The notes under the pieces were generated by a model. That model had not been told where the DNA came from, searched no databases, and saw nothing but the letters and a program-made list of their open reading frames with translations. From contig DATKNL010000004.1 in the NCBI GenBank assembly GCA_035541435.1, positions 1-55,711 of the forward strand: a stretch of DNA of 55,711 bases. The letters run 5' to 3'. Both the position numbers and the translations under genes were made by a program. This document shows, one piece after another, positions 15,705 to 23,804 of this stretch (the first letter of the stretch is position 1; the number at the start of each line of letters is the position of its first letter). This DNA is from Minisyncoccota bacterium. GTDB lineage: Bacteria > Patescibacteriota > Minisyncoccia > UBA6257 > 2-01-FULL-56-20.

Positions 15705-18494
15705 ATGGACCTCACCATCACCAAGCGGGACGGCACCCGCGAACCGTTCAATGCCGATAAGATCAACCGGTCGATCGAGCGGGCATGCGCGGGCCTTGAA
15801 GACCCGATCAGCATGGTCACCCAGATCGCGACCGAGACGCGGCTCACCCTTTATGACGGCATCACGACCGAGGAGATGGACCAGGCGACGATCAATGCCG
15901 CCGTTCAGAACATCAAAGAGGACATCGAGTATGACAAAGTGGCCACCCGGCTGCTCCTGAAAACCATCTACCGCCGGGTCGTCGGCGAATATGACGACGA
16001 TTTCGCGGTTTTGCGCAAAAAGCACCGCGACCACTTCCCCGATTGGATCAAGGCGCACGTCGAAAACGGCATGTTCGACGCGCGCATGGTCGAAAAGTAC
16101 AACCTGAAGGAGCTTTCGGGCGTCCTCGACGTTTCGCGCGACGAACTGTTCGTCTATGCGGGCCTCTCGACGCTCCTCGACCGCTATGCGATCAAGGACA
16201 AACAGAACAAGCCGGCCGAGACGCCGCAATATTTCTTCATGCGCCTCGCCATGGGCCTTTCCTATAACGAGACCAACCCGACCGCGTGGGCGAAGAAGTT
16301 CTATGAGAAGATGTCGCGGCACGAATACATTCCGGGCGGATCGACCAACCTCGCCGCCGGAACGTCGCGCCCGAGCCTTTCGAACTGCTTCCTTCTGCAG
16401 ATCGAGGATGACATCGACCACATCGCGAAGTCGGTCGCGGACGTGATCAAGCTTTCGAAGGCGTCGGGCGGCATCGGCGCGTCGGTCACGAAGCTGCGCG
16501 CCACCGGCTCCCCGCTCTCGTCGAACAACACCCCGTCGTCGGGGCCGACGCCGTTCGCGAAGATCATCGACACGTCGATCCGCGCGATCCAGCGCGGCGG
16601 CAAGAAGAAGGGCGCGCTCTGCTTCTATATGGAGAACTGGCACATCGACTTCCCCGAATACATCGACTGGAAGCACAACGCCGGCGACGACTACATGCGC
16701 ATGCGCACGGCCGACACCGCGGTCTTCCTCTCGGACGAGTTCATGAAGCGCGTCGAGGACGGCGACATGTGGTACATGTTCGATCCGAAGGACACGCCCG
16801 ACCTCATCGAGCTGTACGGCAGGAAGTTCAGCGCGCGCTACGCCGAATATATCGAGATGGCCGAGGCCGGCAAGCTGCGCGTCTTCAAGAAGGTCCCGGC
16901 CGAGGAGCAGTACCGCCAGATCCTCGTCGCCCTGCAGGCGACCTCGCATCCCTGGCTCGTCTGGAAGGACAACATCAACCTGCGGGCGCTCAACAACAAC
17001 ACGGGGACGATCCACATGTCGAACCTCTGCACCGAGATCTGCCTTCCCCAGGACCGCGAAAACATCGCCGTCTGCAACCTGGCGTCCCTCAACCTCGCGG
17101 TCCACGTGAACCACAAGCAGATCAACTGGGAGAAGCTCGAGGACAGCGTGCGCTTGGCGATCCGGCAGCTCGACAACCTGATCGACATCAACCGGCTCCC
17201 GATCCCCGAAGCGGAGCGTTCCGACAAGGAAAACCGGGCCATCGGCCTCGGCGTCATGGGCTTCGCGGACATGCTCGAGCAGCTCGGCATGTCCTATGAC
17301 AGCCAGCACGCCTGGGATTTCGCCGACAAGGTCTTCGAGTTCGTGAGCTATGTCGCGATCGACGAGAGCGCCGATCTCGCGGCGGAACGCGGCAGCTATA
17401 TGCATTTCAAGGGTTCCGGCTGGTCGAAAGGGATGGTCCCGATGGACACGGTGAGGCTCCTCGAGGCCGACCGCGGCTCCGAGCTCGACCTCTCGAAGGG
17501 CAGCAAGTACCGCGGCCTCAACTGGGACGCGCTCCGCGAGAAGGTCCGCAAGGGCATGCGCAACGCGACGCTCATGGCGACCGCGCCGAACGCGAACATC
17601 GGGCTCCTCGCCGGCACGACGCCGGGCATCGATCCCCGCTTCGCGCAGGTCTTCTCGCGCAACAAGATCTCGGGCAAGTACCTCGACCTCAACCACAATC
17701 TCGTGAACGACCTGAAGAACATGGGCATCTGGGAGGATGTCCGCGAGAAGATCATCGCCGAGCAGGGCGACATCGCGATGATTGACGGGATCCCGCAGCA
17801 CATCAAGGACATCTATAAGACCTCGTTCAGCACGTCGCCCTATGCCTTCATCGAAGTCGCCGCGCGGGCGCAGAAATGGGTCGACCAGTCCCTTTCGCGC
17901 AACATGTACCTTGAGACCCGCGACATCGGCGAGACGATGAACATCTATCTCACCGCGTGGCGCAAGGGCGTGAAGTCCACCTATTACCTGCACATGAAGC
18001 CGCGGCACACCGCCGAGCAGAGCACGGTGCGCGTGAACAAGGCCGAGAAGATGGGCAAGCGCGGATTCGCCGCCGTAGCCCTCGACGATGACGAGCCGCA
18101 GACCGTCGAGTCGATCATCTCGCAGCCGGTCGCGACGCCGGCCGTCGCATCGTTCGCCGCCGAGCCCGTGATGGAAGAGGAACAGCCCGCGATGGCGGAC
18201 GATCCCGTCGTCGAAGCGCCCGTCATGCCGTCCGTTGCCCCTGTCGCCCGCGGTCCCTTCGCGTCACTCGAAGATGTCGCCCCCGCAAAGCCCGTGACGG
18301 CGAAGCCCGCCGCCGCGCGCGAGGTCCCGATGGGATTCGCTACCGCTCAATCCCGCGAAACCATCGTGAACGAGCATCGGCACGAACATAAGACCATGCA
18401 GCCTGAAACGCAGCAGCCGGCGGCGAAAAAGAAATACACCATCCTGCCGCCGAGCGACCCGTCAGAAGACAACATCTGCGACAGCTGCCAATAG
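15705..18494 (+). CDS. nrdA: ribonucleoside-diphosphate reductase alpha subunit (class I, ATP-cone)
   Basis: 929 aa; N-terminal ATP-cone, catalytic core (NLCTEI), C-terminal CDSC redox-shuttle pair; nrdB lies downstream. Confidence 0.95.
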   Translation: MDLTITKRDGTREPFNADKINRSIERACAGLEDPISMVTQIATETRLTLYDGITTEEMDQATINAAVQNIKEDIEYDKVATRLLLKTIYRRVVGEYDDDFAVLRKKHRDHFPDWIKAHVENGMFDARMVEKYNLKELSGVLDVSRDELFVYAGLSTLLDRYAIKDKQNKPAETPQYFFMRLAMGLSYNETNPTAWAKKFYEKMSRHEYIPGGSTNLAAGTSRPSLSNCFLLQIEDDIDHIAKSVADVIKLSKASGGIGASVTKLRATGSPLSSNNTPSSGPTPFAKIIDTSIRAIQRGGKKKGALCFYMENWHIDFPEYIDWKHNAGDDYMRMRTADTAVFLSDEFMKRVEDGDMWYMFDPKDTPDLIELYGRKFSARYAEYIEMAEAGKLRVFKKVPAEEQYRQILVALQATSHPWLVWKDNINLRALNNNTGTIHMSNLCTEICLPQDRENIAVCNLASLNLAVHVNHKQINWEKLEDSVRLAIRQLDNLIDINRLPIPEAERSDKENRAIGLGVMGFADMLEQLGMSYDSQHAWDFADKVFEFVSYVAIDESADLAAERGSYMHFKGSGWSKGMVPMDTVRLLEADRGSELDLSKGSKYRGLNWDALREKVRKGMRNATLMATAPNANIGLLAGTTPGIDPRFAQVFSRNKISGKYLDLNHNLVNDLKNMGIWEDVREKIIAEQGDIAMIDGIPQHIKDIYKTSFSTSPYAFIEVAARAQKWVDQSLSRNMYLETRDIGETMNIYLTAWRKGVKSTYYLHMKPRHTAEQSTVRVNKAEKMGKRGFAAVALDDDEPQTVESIISQPVATPAVASFAAEPVMEEEQPAMADDPVVEAPVMPSVAPVARGPFASLEDVAPAKPVTAKPAAAREVPMGFATAQSRETIVNEHRHEHKTMQPETQQPAAKKKYTILPPSDPSEDNICDSCQ

Positions 18495-18511
18495 CGCCAT
18501 AAAGCAACATT

Positions 18512-18537
18512 AAAACCGGCCCATGAGCCGGTTTTAA
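18512..18537. terminator. terminator after nrdA (bidirectional)
   Basis: AAAACCGGC-ccatga-GCCGGTTTT. Confidence 0.7.
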
Positions 18538-18564
18538 TCAATGTTTAACGAATGAAAAGGCCCG

Positions 18565-19032
18565 TCATTCGCGACGGGCCGCCAAGGTCTTCACCGGCGG
18601 ATTGCCGGCAAGGCCATAGGCTCCGAAAAAGAGCTTCTGGGCGCGCACGGGCAGGGCTTTCAGCCGTGGGCCGCAGAGCTCGGCAATCAGGTCCGGTTTT
18701 TTATGCCCAAAAAAGAAGGCGTCGGGATCGACCAGGAATCCGTCCTGGGTAACGGTCCATTGGGATTCCATGGAACGCCGCCCGTCGAGGCCCATCCTGA
18801 CCTTCACGCTGTGGCTCATCTTGGTCATGCGGCCGTCGGCTGCCGTGGTCTTGCTCGTCCACAGGTCAACCCCCTGGTTCGGCCGCACGATCACCTGGCA
18901 CCCATCGTTCGTAAAGATCTCGATCGCCGTCCCGTTGTCGGTCATCGGCTCCGGCCGCCATTGCTGGGCAGCCGCCGAAACCGCCATCGACGCTATCGCT
19001 ATCGCCACCGCCGTCAAAAGCCCCTTCACCAT
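18565..19032 (-). CDS. hypothetical secreted protein
   Basis: 155 aa; signal peptide MVKGLLTAVAIAIASMAVSAAA; GGGAGGG SD 7 nt upstream of ATG. Confidence 0.6.
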   Translation of the reverse strand: MVKGLLTAVAIAIASMAVSAAAQQWRPEPMTDNGTAIEIFTNDGCQVIVRPNQGVDLWTSKTTAADGRMTKMSHSVKVRMGLDGRRSMESQWTVTQDGFLVDPDAFFFGHKKPDLIAELCGPRLKALPVRAQKLFFGAYGLAGNPPVKTLAARRE

Positions 19033-19192
19033 GACAAAGCCCTCCCTACTTCAATATAAACAGATACGTGGTACGCTGATCAAGTAGGGACGTTAAAGGG
19101 CGGCCCTACGAGGAGGTCTCTTTAAAGGGCCGGTCCAATAGGATTGGCCCCTTTTTATTCACGCGCCCTATTATCCACACCTCTTGTCAATA

Positions 19193-19221
19193 TTGTTGCG
19201 CCCGCGCCTTCGCAGTATACT
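19193..19221 (+). promoter_or_regulatory. candidate nrdB promoter TTGTTG-17-TATACT
   Basis: direct read; 32-nt C/A-rich SD-less leader follows. Confidence 0.4.
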
Positions 19222-19253
19222 TTTTCTACCAACAAACCAACCTCACCACCATC

Positions 19254-20252
19254 ATGCTTATCGGCAAGGCGTCCCCCGAGGACATGAACCTCCACCCCAT
19301 CCAATACCAGTGGGCCTACGACCTCTATCAGCAGGCGGTCCGCAACACGTGGTTCCCGCACGAGATCGCGCTCAAAGAGGACCTGTACGACTGGGAGAAG
19401 ATGACCGACGACGAGCGCCACGCGATCAAGTTCCTCATGTCGTTCTTCAATCCCGCGGAGCTCATCGTCAACCGCTCGATCGCGCTCGGCATCTATCCCT
19501 ATCTCAAGTCGCCCGAATGCCACCTCTATCTCGCGAAGCAGATGTGGGAGGAGGCGAACCACTGCGTCGCCTTCGAGTACGTGCTCGAGACGTTCCCGCT
19601 CGACCGCACGAACGTCTTCAACCTGCACCTCGAGACCCCGTCGATGCGCGCGAAGGAGGCGTATATCAACCGCTACCTGAAGCGCATGACCGAGGACTCG
19701 CTCGACGTCACGACCACCGAGGGCAAGAAGGACTTCATCCGCAACCTCGTCGCGACGAACCTCGTCATGGAGGGCATCTGGTTCTATAGCGGCTTCATGG
19801 TGGTGCTCTCGTTCCGTCAGCGCAACCAGCTGCGCAACTTCGCGTCGATGATCAACTGGGTGATCCGCGACGAGTCGCTCCACCTCAAGTTCGGGATGAA
19901 CCTCATCCAGAACATCCTCGAGGAGAACTCCGAGCTGCTCACCAAGGAGTTCGCCGCCGAGATCAAGGGCATCGTGACCGAAGGCGTCGACCTCGAGACG
20001 GCCTACAACAAGGACCTCTTCCCGCGCGGCATCCTCGGCCTCAACGCCGACTATGTGAACCAGTACGTGCAGTACGTCGCCGACCGCCGGCTCGAGGAGC
20101 TCGGCATGAAGGCGCACTACGGCGCGAAGAACCCCGCGAAGTGGATGGCGGGCGCGACCGACGTCTTCGAGCTCGTCAACTTCTTCGAAGCGCAGAACAC
20201 GAGCTATGAAGTCGACTCGCACGCGGTCGACAAGAAGAAAAAGGAGCAATAG
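19254..20252 (+). CDS. nrdB: ribonucleotide reductase beta subunit, class Ic-like (R2c)
   Basis: 332 aa; ligand pattern E69...E100-x2-H103-x3-F107; close overall match to recalled Chlamydia R2c. Confidence 0.95.
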   Translation: MLIGKASPEDMNLHPIQYQWAYDLYQQAVRNTWFPHEIALKEDLYDWEKMTDDERHAIKFLMSFFNPAELIVNRSIALGIYPYLKSPECHLYLAKQMWEEANHCVAFEYVLETFPLDRTNVFNLHLETPSMRAKEAYINRYLKRMTEDSLDVTTTEGKKDFIRNLVATNLVMEGIWFYSGFMVVLSFRQRNQLRNFASMINWVIRDESLHLKFGMNLIQNILEENSELLTKEFAAEIKGIVTEGVDLETAYNKDLFPRGILGLNADYVNQYVQYVADRRLEELGMKAHYGAKNPAKWMAGATDVFELVNFFEAQNTSYEVDSHAVDKKKKEQ

Positions 20253-20274
20253 GCGCGCGGCACGGTTCCGCTGC

Positions 20275-20297
20275 GCCGCCGGACGGGCGGCCTTTTT
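20275..20297 (+). terminator. terminator after nrdB
   Basis: GCCGCC-ggacg-GGCGGC followed by CTTTTT. Confidence 0.7.
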
Positions 20298-20307
20298 CGC
20301 GCGGGAG

Positions 20308-20316
20308 TGGTAGAAT
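20308..20316 (+). promoter_or_regulatory. extended -10 TGGTAGAAT, 9 nt from ATG 20326
   Basis: direct read. Confidence 0.5.
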
Positions 20317-20325
20317 GAGTATTCG

Positions 20326-21000
20326 ATGACCCTCAGGCGCATCCTGCTCACCATCGTCGTCTTCGACCTCGTCCTCGCGACGATCGCGTATTTCGTCGTC
20401 TTCTATAACACCCCGGGGACCTATGAGGTCGCGACCTCGCCGCTCCCCACGACGAGCCTCGCGCTCTCGTCGTCGACCGCATCGTCGACCAACCTCATTC
20501 CGAGCTCGACGGCGTCGTCGACCGCATCGTCGTCGCCCGAAGCGAGCTCGACCACGCCCGAAAGCACCTCGACGCCGGTCGGCAACCCTGCGGGATCGGT
20601 CTATGGCAGCGAGTTCGCCCCGCCCTATCCCCTCACCTGGACCGAAGGCGGCGCGAGCCTTTCGATCGTGGGCGCCGTGCTGCAGGGCAACGCGCTCACC
20701 TTCCAGCTCGCCGTCGCGATGGGCGACGCGGCGCAATGCGTCCCGATGAACCTGCGCATGCTCGCCGACGAGCAGGGCGACCTCATCTCGCCCGCGACCC
20801 AGCAGTTCACGTTCCCCGAATCGGGATCGTGCGAGGGCGCGCCCGGCGCGACCTATACCGACCAGAAGGTGACGTTCAACATCAACCCGACCCTCGCGAG
20901 CCTTTTCTTCACGACGGGCGGGACGTCGAACATCTTCTTCCGCGTCGCGACGACGACGGACGGCGGCGTGAGCATCTCGCTCCCGCAGCAGAACGGATAA
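20326..21000 (+). CDS. hypothetical membrane-anchored protein with S/T-rich linker
   Basis: 224 aa; N-terminal TM; TGGTAGAAT 9 nt upstream of ATG. Confidence 0.6.
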   Translation: MTLRRILLTIVVFDLVLATIAYFVVFYNTPGTYEVATSPLPTTSLALSSSTASSTNLIPSSTASSTASSSPEASSTTPESTSTPVGNPAGSVYGSEFAPPYPLTWTEGGASLSIVGAVLQGNALTFQLAVAMGDAAQCVPMNLRMLADEQGDLISPATQQFTFPESGSCEGAPGATYTDQKVTFNINPTLASLFFTTGGTSNIFFRVATTTDGGVSISLPQQNG

Positions 21001-21056
21001 CGGCGCGACGGTAGCGGCGGTGGCGGCGGCGAACATGGCCGCGCCCCGCGCCGTCC

Positions 21057-21095
21057 CAAAATAAAAGAGGTCCGCCGCGATGTTCGGGCGAACCT
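21057..21095 (-). terminator. terminator after the 76-aa gene
   Basis: 9-bp stem (one G-U on the minus-strand RNA) followed by a U-run (A-run 21058-21066 on plus). Confidence 0.55.
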
Positions 21096-21325
21096 CATCC
21101 TCCTCGCATTGCGAGGACGTGCTTGTGTTTGGGTGAAAATACCTTCGGATGCGCCTTGAGCGTGATGGCGGCGGTCATGCGCACGCCGTCGCGTTCGAGG
21201 ACGATGTGGAACCGCTGGTCGGCCTTGAAGATGTTGCCGACGAACGACCATCCCTCCTCGACCATCAGGCGATCCACTTCGAGAAACGCTTCTTCGTCGC
21301 TTGCAAATCGCTGCGGGTCCGGCAT
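21095..21325 (-). CDS. hypothetical small protein (76 aa)
   Basis: Start set at ATG 21325 (GAGGAGG 6 nt upstream, TATAGT further up); terminator at 21057-21095. Confidence 0.5.
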   Translation of the reverse strand: MPDPQRFASDEEAFLEVDRLMVEEGWSFVGNIFKADQRFHIVLERDGVRMTAAITLKAHPKVFSPKHKHVLAMRGG

Positions 21326-21372
21326 GCGAGACCTCCTCTTTGCACTATACACCATCGGGCCGCGGCCGGCTA

Positions 21373-21400
21373 TTGAAAGAATTCCGGCGTCTGCTACACT
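21373..21400 (+). promoter_or_regulatory. candidate tRNA-Asn promoter TTGAAA-16-TACACT
   Basis: direct read; -10 ends 22 nt before the tRNA 5' end. Confidence 0.5.
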
Positions 21401-21422
21401 AGTACTCGTTGGCTTTTGTCAT

Positions 21423-21494
21423 TCCGCAGTAGCTCAATGGTAGAGCGGCGCCCTGTTAAGGCGATGGTTCCAGGTTCGAGTCCTGGCTGCGGAG
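21423..21494 (+). tRNA. tRNA-Asn (anticodon GUU), no encoded CCA
   Basis: Manual cloverleaf: acceptor TCCGCAG/CTGCGGA, D arm GCTC-AATGGTA-GAGC, anticodon loop CTGTTAA, T arm CCAGG-TTCGAGT-CCTGG, discriminator G. Confidence 0.9.
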
Positions 21495-21503
21495 CACTTG
21501 ACT
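21491..21503 (+). repeat. 13-mer GGAGCACTTGACT spanning the tRNA-Asn 3' end, copy 1
   Basis: Exact second copy at 22241-22253. Confidence 0.85.
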
Positions 21504-21526
21504 TTTATAATAATCAATTATATAAT
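21498..21526 (+). promoter_or_regulatory. cassette 1 promoter TTGACT-17-TATAAT
   Basis: -35 starts 4 nt after the tRNA discriminator base. Confidence 0.6.
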
Positions 21527-21586
21527 ACGCGCAGCGTAAATTTTCATTTCTACAATTTACAAGCACAAGATCGAAAGGAGGGCTCC

Positions 21587-22114
21587 ATGCCCAGAATGAT
21601 CACGCCGAAGTTCTTGACGGCTGAAATGGCCAAGACTGCGATCGAGGCCACTCTCAACTGTCTGTATGAGGGCAAGCTAAAGGATGCCCTCCAACCGCAT
21701 CGCAAACAGCTGTACGTAGTCGTCCTCGTGCCCGGCATGATGGACGACCGTCCGGATTATCCGGCGTGGCCGAATTATGACCTCCGACCCGTGGCACTCT
21801 ACGAGTACACACTCGGCGATCCCGAGGAGTTCCCCTACCCGTTCAACGACATCGCAAAGTGCAAAGCGCTCCAGCTCTGGCACGACCGCAACGATGACCG
21901 GACTGAGATCATCCCGCATTTGCTCTTCCCCGGGGACACTCCGTTCTGGGGCGGGGTCAAACGGCGCGGCATCGTTGTCTCGTGCTCTGGCGTGAAACCC
22001 TGGCTCGACAAAATGATCTCGGGCATGGTTGCCGACATGCTGGTTGCCATGGCTCACGCCGCCTGGGAGAAGAGCGCGGACAAGGCCGACGACGAGCTCT
22101 GCTTCCTCACCTAA
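21587..22114 (+). CDS. cassette 1: GlcG/DUF336-like (putative heme-binding) protein
   Basis: 175 aa; AAAGGAGGG SD; GGVKRRGIVVSCSGV resembles the GlcG GG...GAIGVSG core; functional call tentative. Confidence 0.55.
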   Translation: MPRMITPKFLTAEMAKTAIEATLNCLYEGKLKDALQPHRKQLYVVVLVPGMMDDRPDYPAWPNYDLRPVALYEYTLGDPEEFPYPFNDIAKCKALQLWHDRNDDRTEIIPHLLFPGDTPFWGGVKRRGIVVSCSGVKPWLDKMISGMVADMLVAMAHAAWEKSADKADDELCFLT

Positions 22115-22191
22115 TACCGCTTCGCCAACGAAGACCGTTTCGTCTTCAGGCGAGGCGGTTTTCTATTTTTAGGAGCCGCAAACTGTATAAT

Positions 22192-22245
22192 TCTGCCACT
22201 ACCCTTTCCCATTCCACAGTTCTGAACTTGTCTATTCGTGGGAGC
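22192..22245 (+). repeat. 54-nt junction repeat, copy 1 (upstream of cassette 2)
   Basis: 41/54 ungapped identity with 23004-23057 (31/36 over the first 36 nt). Confidence 0.8.
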
Positions 22246-22253
22246 ACTTGACT
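22241..22253 (+). repeat. 13-mer GGAGCACTTGACT, copy 2
   Basis: Exact match to 21491-21503; overlaps the end of 54-nt repeat copy 1. Confidence 0.85.
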
Positions 22254-22277
22254 GGTAAAGTATATTAATGCTATAAT
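22248..22277 (+). promoter_or_regulatory. cassette 2 promoter TTGACT-18-(TGc)TATAAT
   Basis: direct read. Confidence 0.6.
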
Positions 22278-22358
22278 ATAGCCAGCTATTTCACTATAAG
22301 TATTGGCAAAAATACCAATCGCCTGACCGGAACGGCAGGTTAAAGTGGAGAGGCTAAT

Positions 22359-22931
22359 ATGAAAAAGCAACGGATGGAACCGTGGGTCACATGGCGATTC
22401 GATGGAAACCCGTGCGAAAACGCTGGCAACCTCACCAGCATGTGGAACGAGAATCAGACGGATCGCTGGCGCGTAAAGGAAATCACCATTACCCGCGAGA
22501 AAGCTATCGGACACGTGCGAGTCTTGTTCACCGAATCGTGGGTCGAATGCGCCAACCAGCATTTCCCTGAAGTTGATCCCCAGCTGAACGAGAGGCTCGG
22601 GCCGCTTGTGAGTGGAGGCGTCTTCTTCAACTGGACCCGATACGGGAACGGCTTGTTACTCAAGTTCCAGCTGCAGAGTGGAATGTCCTTCTGCCAGGCC
22701 GCTGTGAGAAATGGCGTTATCCTCATCACGGCTCTCGGGATGGGCGACTCTGCGCTCCGGACCCCTGAAGTATCGTTCGTCCCGATGATGAAGCGAGTGG
22801 GCGAACGCCAAGGTAAGAAGGTCAGCTACCACATACCCTGGGGCGATGAACTGCGAGACAAGTTCTGCAGCGAGTTCTACTTCGGCAGCAGTAACCATCG
22901 CGAGCTCTTTCCCCAGCACCCAGTAAGATAA
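22359..22931 (+). CDS. cassette 2: hypothetical protein (orphan)
   Basis: 190 aa; own promoter, GGAGAGG SD and strong terminator; no recognisable motif. Confidence 0.65.
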   Translation: MKKQRMEPWVTWRFDGNPCENAGNLTSMWNENQTDRWRVKEITITREKAIGHVRVLFTESWVECANQHFPEVDPQLNERLGPLVSGGVFFNWTRYGNGLLLKFQLQSGMSFCQAAVRNGVILITALGMGDSALRTPEVSFVPMMKRVGERQGKKVSYHIPWGDELRDKFCSEFYFGSSNHRELFPQHPVR

Positions 22932-22936
22932 GGTCA

Positions 22937-22980
22937 CCCCGCCTCGACGAAAACTCGTCGCAAAGGCGGGTTTTCTTTTT
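22937..22980 (+). terminator. terminator after cassette 2
   Basis: Two-tier hairpin CCCGCC..CGACGA-aaac-TCGTCG..GGCGGG followed by TTTTCTTTTT. Confidence 0.75.
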
Positions 22981-23003
22981 ATGCATATCCAAATTGCCGC
23001 ATC

Positions 23004-23057
23004 TCTGCCGCTACCCTCCCCCACTCCACGGTTCTGAACGCGTCCAACAGGGGAAGC
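23004..23057 (+). repeat. 54-nt junction repeat, copy 2 (downstream of cassette 2)
   Basis: See copy 1; shares TCTGCC-CTACCCT-CCCA-TCCAC-GTTCTGAAC. Confidence 0.8.
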
Positions 23058-23085
23058 CAAATTTCAGTTTGGGATTTGTCACCAA

Positions 23086-23114
23086 TTGACCTCTGCCGGC
23101 TTTGCTCCTATGCT
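23086..23114 (+). promoter_or_regulatory. cassette 3 promoter TTGACC-17-TATGCT
   Basis: direct read. Confidence 0.5.
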
Positions 23115-23207
23115 ATCGATAGCTCGCGCTGGGAAGCGCCAATGGAACATTCAGAACATTCGCCGCTCGATGATCATCCGCGTTCTTCGACAGGCCGGGA
23201 GGCAATG

Positions 23208-23651
23208 ATGGAAGTGAACACGGTCAACTACGAGTTTCTTGCGCCAACAACAATCCGCGCCGGAGACGTGGATGCAATCAATCACCTGCTTCGCCAACTC
23301 ACCGACAACCCGGTTCCCATCGTAGAATGGCAGCTCCGAGAGGTCTGCGAAAAATCCACGCTCTGCGTGGCGCGGAACGTCGAGGGACGAATTGTCGGCA
23401 TGAACACGCTGACCATCCGATACATTCCCACCGGAAAGGTCGGCTTGCTCGACGACGTGGTCGTTGACGAGTCGGCGCGGGGACACCAGGTAGGAAGGAC
23501 GCTCGTTTCGAAACTGATTGAACACGCACAAAGCGTCAGCGTGAACCGCCTGGAACTCACCTGCAGACCCGCTCGAAAAGCAGCCAACGCACTCTATGAG
23601 GGCCTTGGATTTCAAAGAAGCGAGACTAATCGCTGGGTAATGAAGTTCTGA
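23208..23651 (+). CDS. cassette 3: GNAT-family N-acetyltransferase
   Basis: Acetyl-CoA motif VVDESARGHQVGRTLV; GGGAGG 5 nt upstream of ATG 23208 (23205 and 23142 are alternatives). Confidence 0.8.
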   Translation: MEVNTVNYEFLAPTTIRAGDVDAINHLLRQLTDNPVPIVEWQLREVCEKSTLCVARNVEGRIVGMNTLTIRYIPTGKVGLLDDVVVDESARGHQVGRTLVSKLIEHAQSVSVNRLELTCRPARKAANALYEGLGFQRSETNRWVMKF

Positions 23652-23673
23652 ACACGGACACCTCGAATTCTCT

Positions 23674-23698
23674 GCCGCCTCGTGTTAGGCGGCTTTTT
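23674..23698 (+). terminator. terminator after cassette 3
   Basis: GCCGCC-tcgtgtta-GGCGGC-TTTTT. Confidence 0.75.
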
Positions 23699-23742
23699 CA
23701 TTTCAAATGCAGGTTCTCACATCCCCACGCGCCGGAGCGAAA

Positions 23743-23772
23743 TTGACGTATTCTTTTCAAATACGCTATAAC
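23743..23772 (+). promoter_or_regulatory. cassette 4 promoter TTGACG-18-TATAAC
   Basis: direct read. Confidence 0.55.
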
Positions 23773-23804
23773 CTTACTAGCTACTCTCGGCAAAGGAGGC
23801 ATTC

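Noticed and set aside
15687-20354. 773-aa and 399-aa minus-strand ORFs opposite nrdA and nrdB
   Set aside because: nrdA and nrdB carry unambiguous RNR motifs on the plus strand. The antisense products are R/D/E/V-rich shadows with no start signals.
22929-23208. Stop-codon read-through or fusion of cassette 2 into the GNAT gene; also possible coding of the 54-nt repeat
   Set aside because: The frame is open from the TAA at 22929 through to 23651. However, a strong terminator (22937-22980) and a promoter (23086-23114) lie in between. Repeat copy 1 sits in a different frame relative to its upstream gene. The third-position bias of the differences between the two copies (7 of 13) is too weak to claim coding.
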